Both the position numbers and the translations under genes were made by a program. The notes beneath the pieces are model-generated. The model was not told where the DNA came from, searched no databases, and saw only the letters and a program-made list of their open reading frames with translations. Positions 63,757 to 64,000 of a DNA stretch of 64,000 bases are shown one piece after another (the stretch's first letter is position 1; each line of letters opens with the position of its first letter). The stretch comes from Clostridia bacterium (GTDB taxonomy: Bacteria > Bacillota > Clostridia > Oscillospirales > CAG-272): assembly GCA_017621655.1 (NCBI GenBank), contig JAGASS010000029.1:6477-70476 (forward strand), read 5' to 3'.

Positions 63757-64000
63757 ATGCAGAGAATTGGAGTTTTCGTCTGTCACTGCGGCACGAACAT
63801 CGCCGCAACAGTCGACGTTAAAGCCGTAGCCGAGGCGCTGAGGCATGAGCCGGGCGTCGTTGTCTCGGAGGAGTATCAGTATATGTGCTCCGAGGCAGGA
63901 CAGGAGCTTATCAAAAATGCGATAAAGGAAAACGCGCTCACGGGCGTCGTTGTCTGCTCTTGCTCGCCCCGTATGCACGAAGCGACGTTCAGAAAAACGG
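63757..64000 (+). CDS. hdrA: HdrA-like FAD/FeS protein, N-terminal fragment (runs off the window end)
   Basis: Manual translation from the ATG at 63757 (GAAAGGAA upstream): MQRIGVFVCHCGTNIAATVDVKAVAEALRHEPGVVVSEEYQYMCSEAGQELIKNAIKENALTGVVVCSCSPRMHEATFRK. Typical HdrA N-terminus. Not in the ORF track (no stop). Confidence 0.7.
   Translation, partial: MQRIGVFVCHCGTNIAATVDVKAVAEALRHEPGVVVSEEYQYMCSEAGQELIKNAIKENALTGVVVCSCSPRMHEATFRKT

Noticed and set aside
1-64000. Search for CRISPR arrays, tRNA and rRNA genes
   Set aside because: There are no regularly spaced direct repeats with unique spacers. The repeats present are irregular hairpin mosaics. No cloverleaf-compatible segments with GTTCGAATC-type T-arms and no rRNA-like conserved blocks were seen by eye. 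A tRNAscan or Infernal run would be needed for certainty.

Overview
64-kb window from a spore-forming Firmicutes/Clostridia-type chromosome. Supporting markers are CIRCE-hrcA-grpE-dnaK-dnaJ-prmA, a T-box leader, a SpoVAF-like gene, split transketolase, Rex and DnaD/DnaI. (1) 1-6.4 kb is an AT-richer arm of an integrated mobile element. It carries TnpV and an Eco57I-like type IIG restriction-modification pair bracketed by two paralogous mini-HTH regulators. (2) 7-12.3 kb holds a P-type ATPase behind a probable yybP-ykoY Mn2+ riboswitch, pgeF, and a toxin cluster: a mazF with no antitoxin gene plus an MNT/HEPN pair whose MNT lacks the catalytic motifs. (3) 12.7-30.7 kb is a glycan-utilisation island with two SBP-like lipoproteins but no permease. 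Its core is eight tandem DUF4091/GH123-like paralogues, four lipoproteins followed by four cytoplasmic forms. (4) 30.8-64 kb is mostly housekeeping: Trp T-box-controlled orphan trpB, rimI-tsaD, a rex-like gene coupled to dnaD/dnaI, split tkt, a GH20-like gene, the heat-shock operon, an LDH-type dehydrogenase with Arg at the specificity position, fumC and hdrBC/hdrA. The most unusual signal is non-genic. Almost every long intergenic gap is filled with GC-rich modular multi-hairpin repeats. One family has four same-strand copies, with a core of about 190 nt and a long form of about 440 nt ending in a terminator. Its substitutions are compensatory or preserve pairing only through G-U pairs, which points to a plus-strand structured RNA. 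Two long copies directly bracket the GH20-like gene. No rRNA, tRNA or CRISPR array was seen. All family assignments come from motifs read by eye, and no database search was run.
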